Source: Felis catus (Eukaryota). Taken from it: a stretch of 64,000 nucleotides of DNA. The notes under the pieces were generated by a model, which did not search any database, was not told the origin of the DNA, and saw nothing but the letters and a program-made list of their open reading frames with translations. Position 1 is the first letter of the stretch. Each line of letters starts with the position of its first letter. The position numbers were made by a program, and so were the translations under genes. The stretch covers positions 180,112,001-180,176,000 of the forward strand of contig NC_058368.1 of the NCBI RefSeq assembly GCF_018350175.1, written 5' to 3'. Below, piece after piece: positions 63,742 through 64,000 of the stretch.

Positions 63742-64000
63742 ATCCATTCAATTTTTTTAATGCTGATTGCAATTCACTAAATTGATTTCAGAACTCAATA
63801 AAGGTCCTTTTTTCATTATTTGAAAAGCACAGATTTAACCACGAGGGAGCCACTGAGGATTTTGAGAAGAGGAGGGATGCAAATGGGCTAGCGTTTCAGG
63901 AAGTGCCCTCTGGTGTAAAGTGGAAGGTGGGCTCAAGGTGTGAGACTGGAGCTGCAGGGCCAGGTGAAGGCCTGTTAGGTTTGAGCATGGGCACTTGAAA

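Noticed and set aside
16431..64000. Additional protein-coding gene or novel multi-gene system
   Set aside because: The long ORFs are L1-derived or low-complexity; I recognised no spliceable exon series or non-repeat domain

Overview
Mammalian genomic DNA, most likely a felid, judging by the carnivore tRNA-derived SINEs (SINEC_Fc-like) and cat-type L1s. Bases 1-16076 hold the last seven coding exons of SLIT3 on the + strand (EGF repeats, laminin-G domain, C-terminal cystine knot). They have canonical GT-AG junctions, consistent reading phases and an AU-rich 3' UTR. The rest is intergenic and dominated by a ~28.5 kb nested stack of co-oriented LINE-1s (~23441-51990). An old host L1 is split by two large inserts. 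The first is a full-length L1 that contains a young near-full-length L1. The second is a chimeric L1 insert with a probable 3' transduction and a G-rich minisatellite tail. SINEs with target-site duplications (TSDs), solo LTRs, hAT/MER elements, MIR and L2 relics fill the remainder. I see no evidence of a new gene or new biological system; the interesting signals are retrotransposon architecture and non-B-DNA-prone repeats. Repeat subfamily names come from remembered consensus similarity, not a database search, and old-repeat boundaries are approximate.
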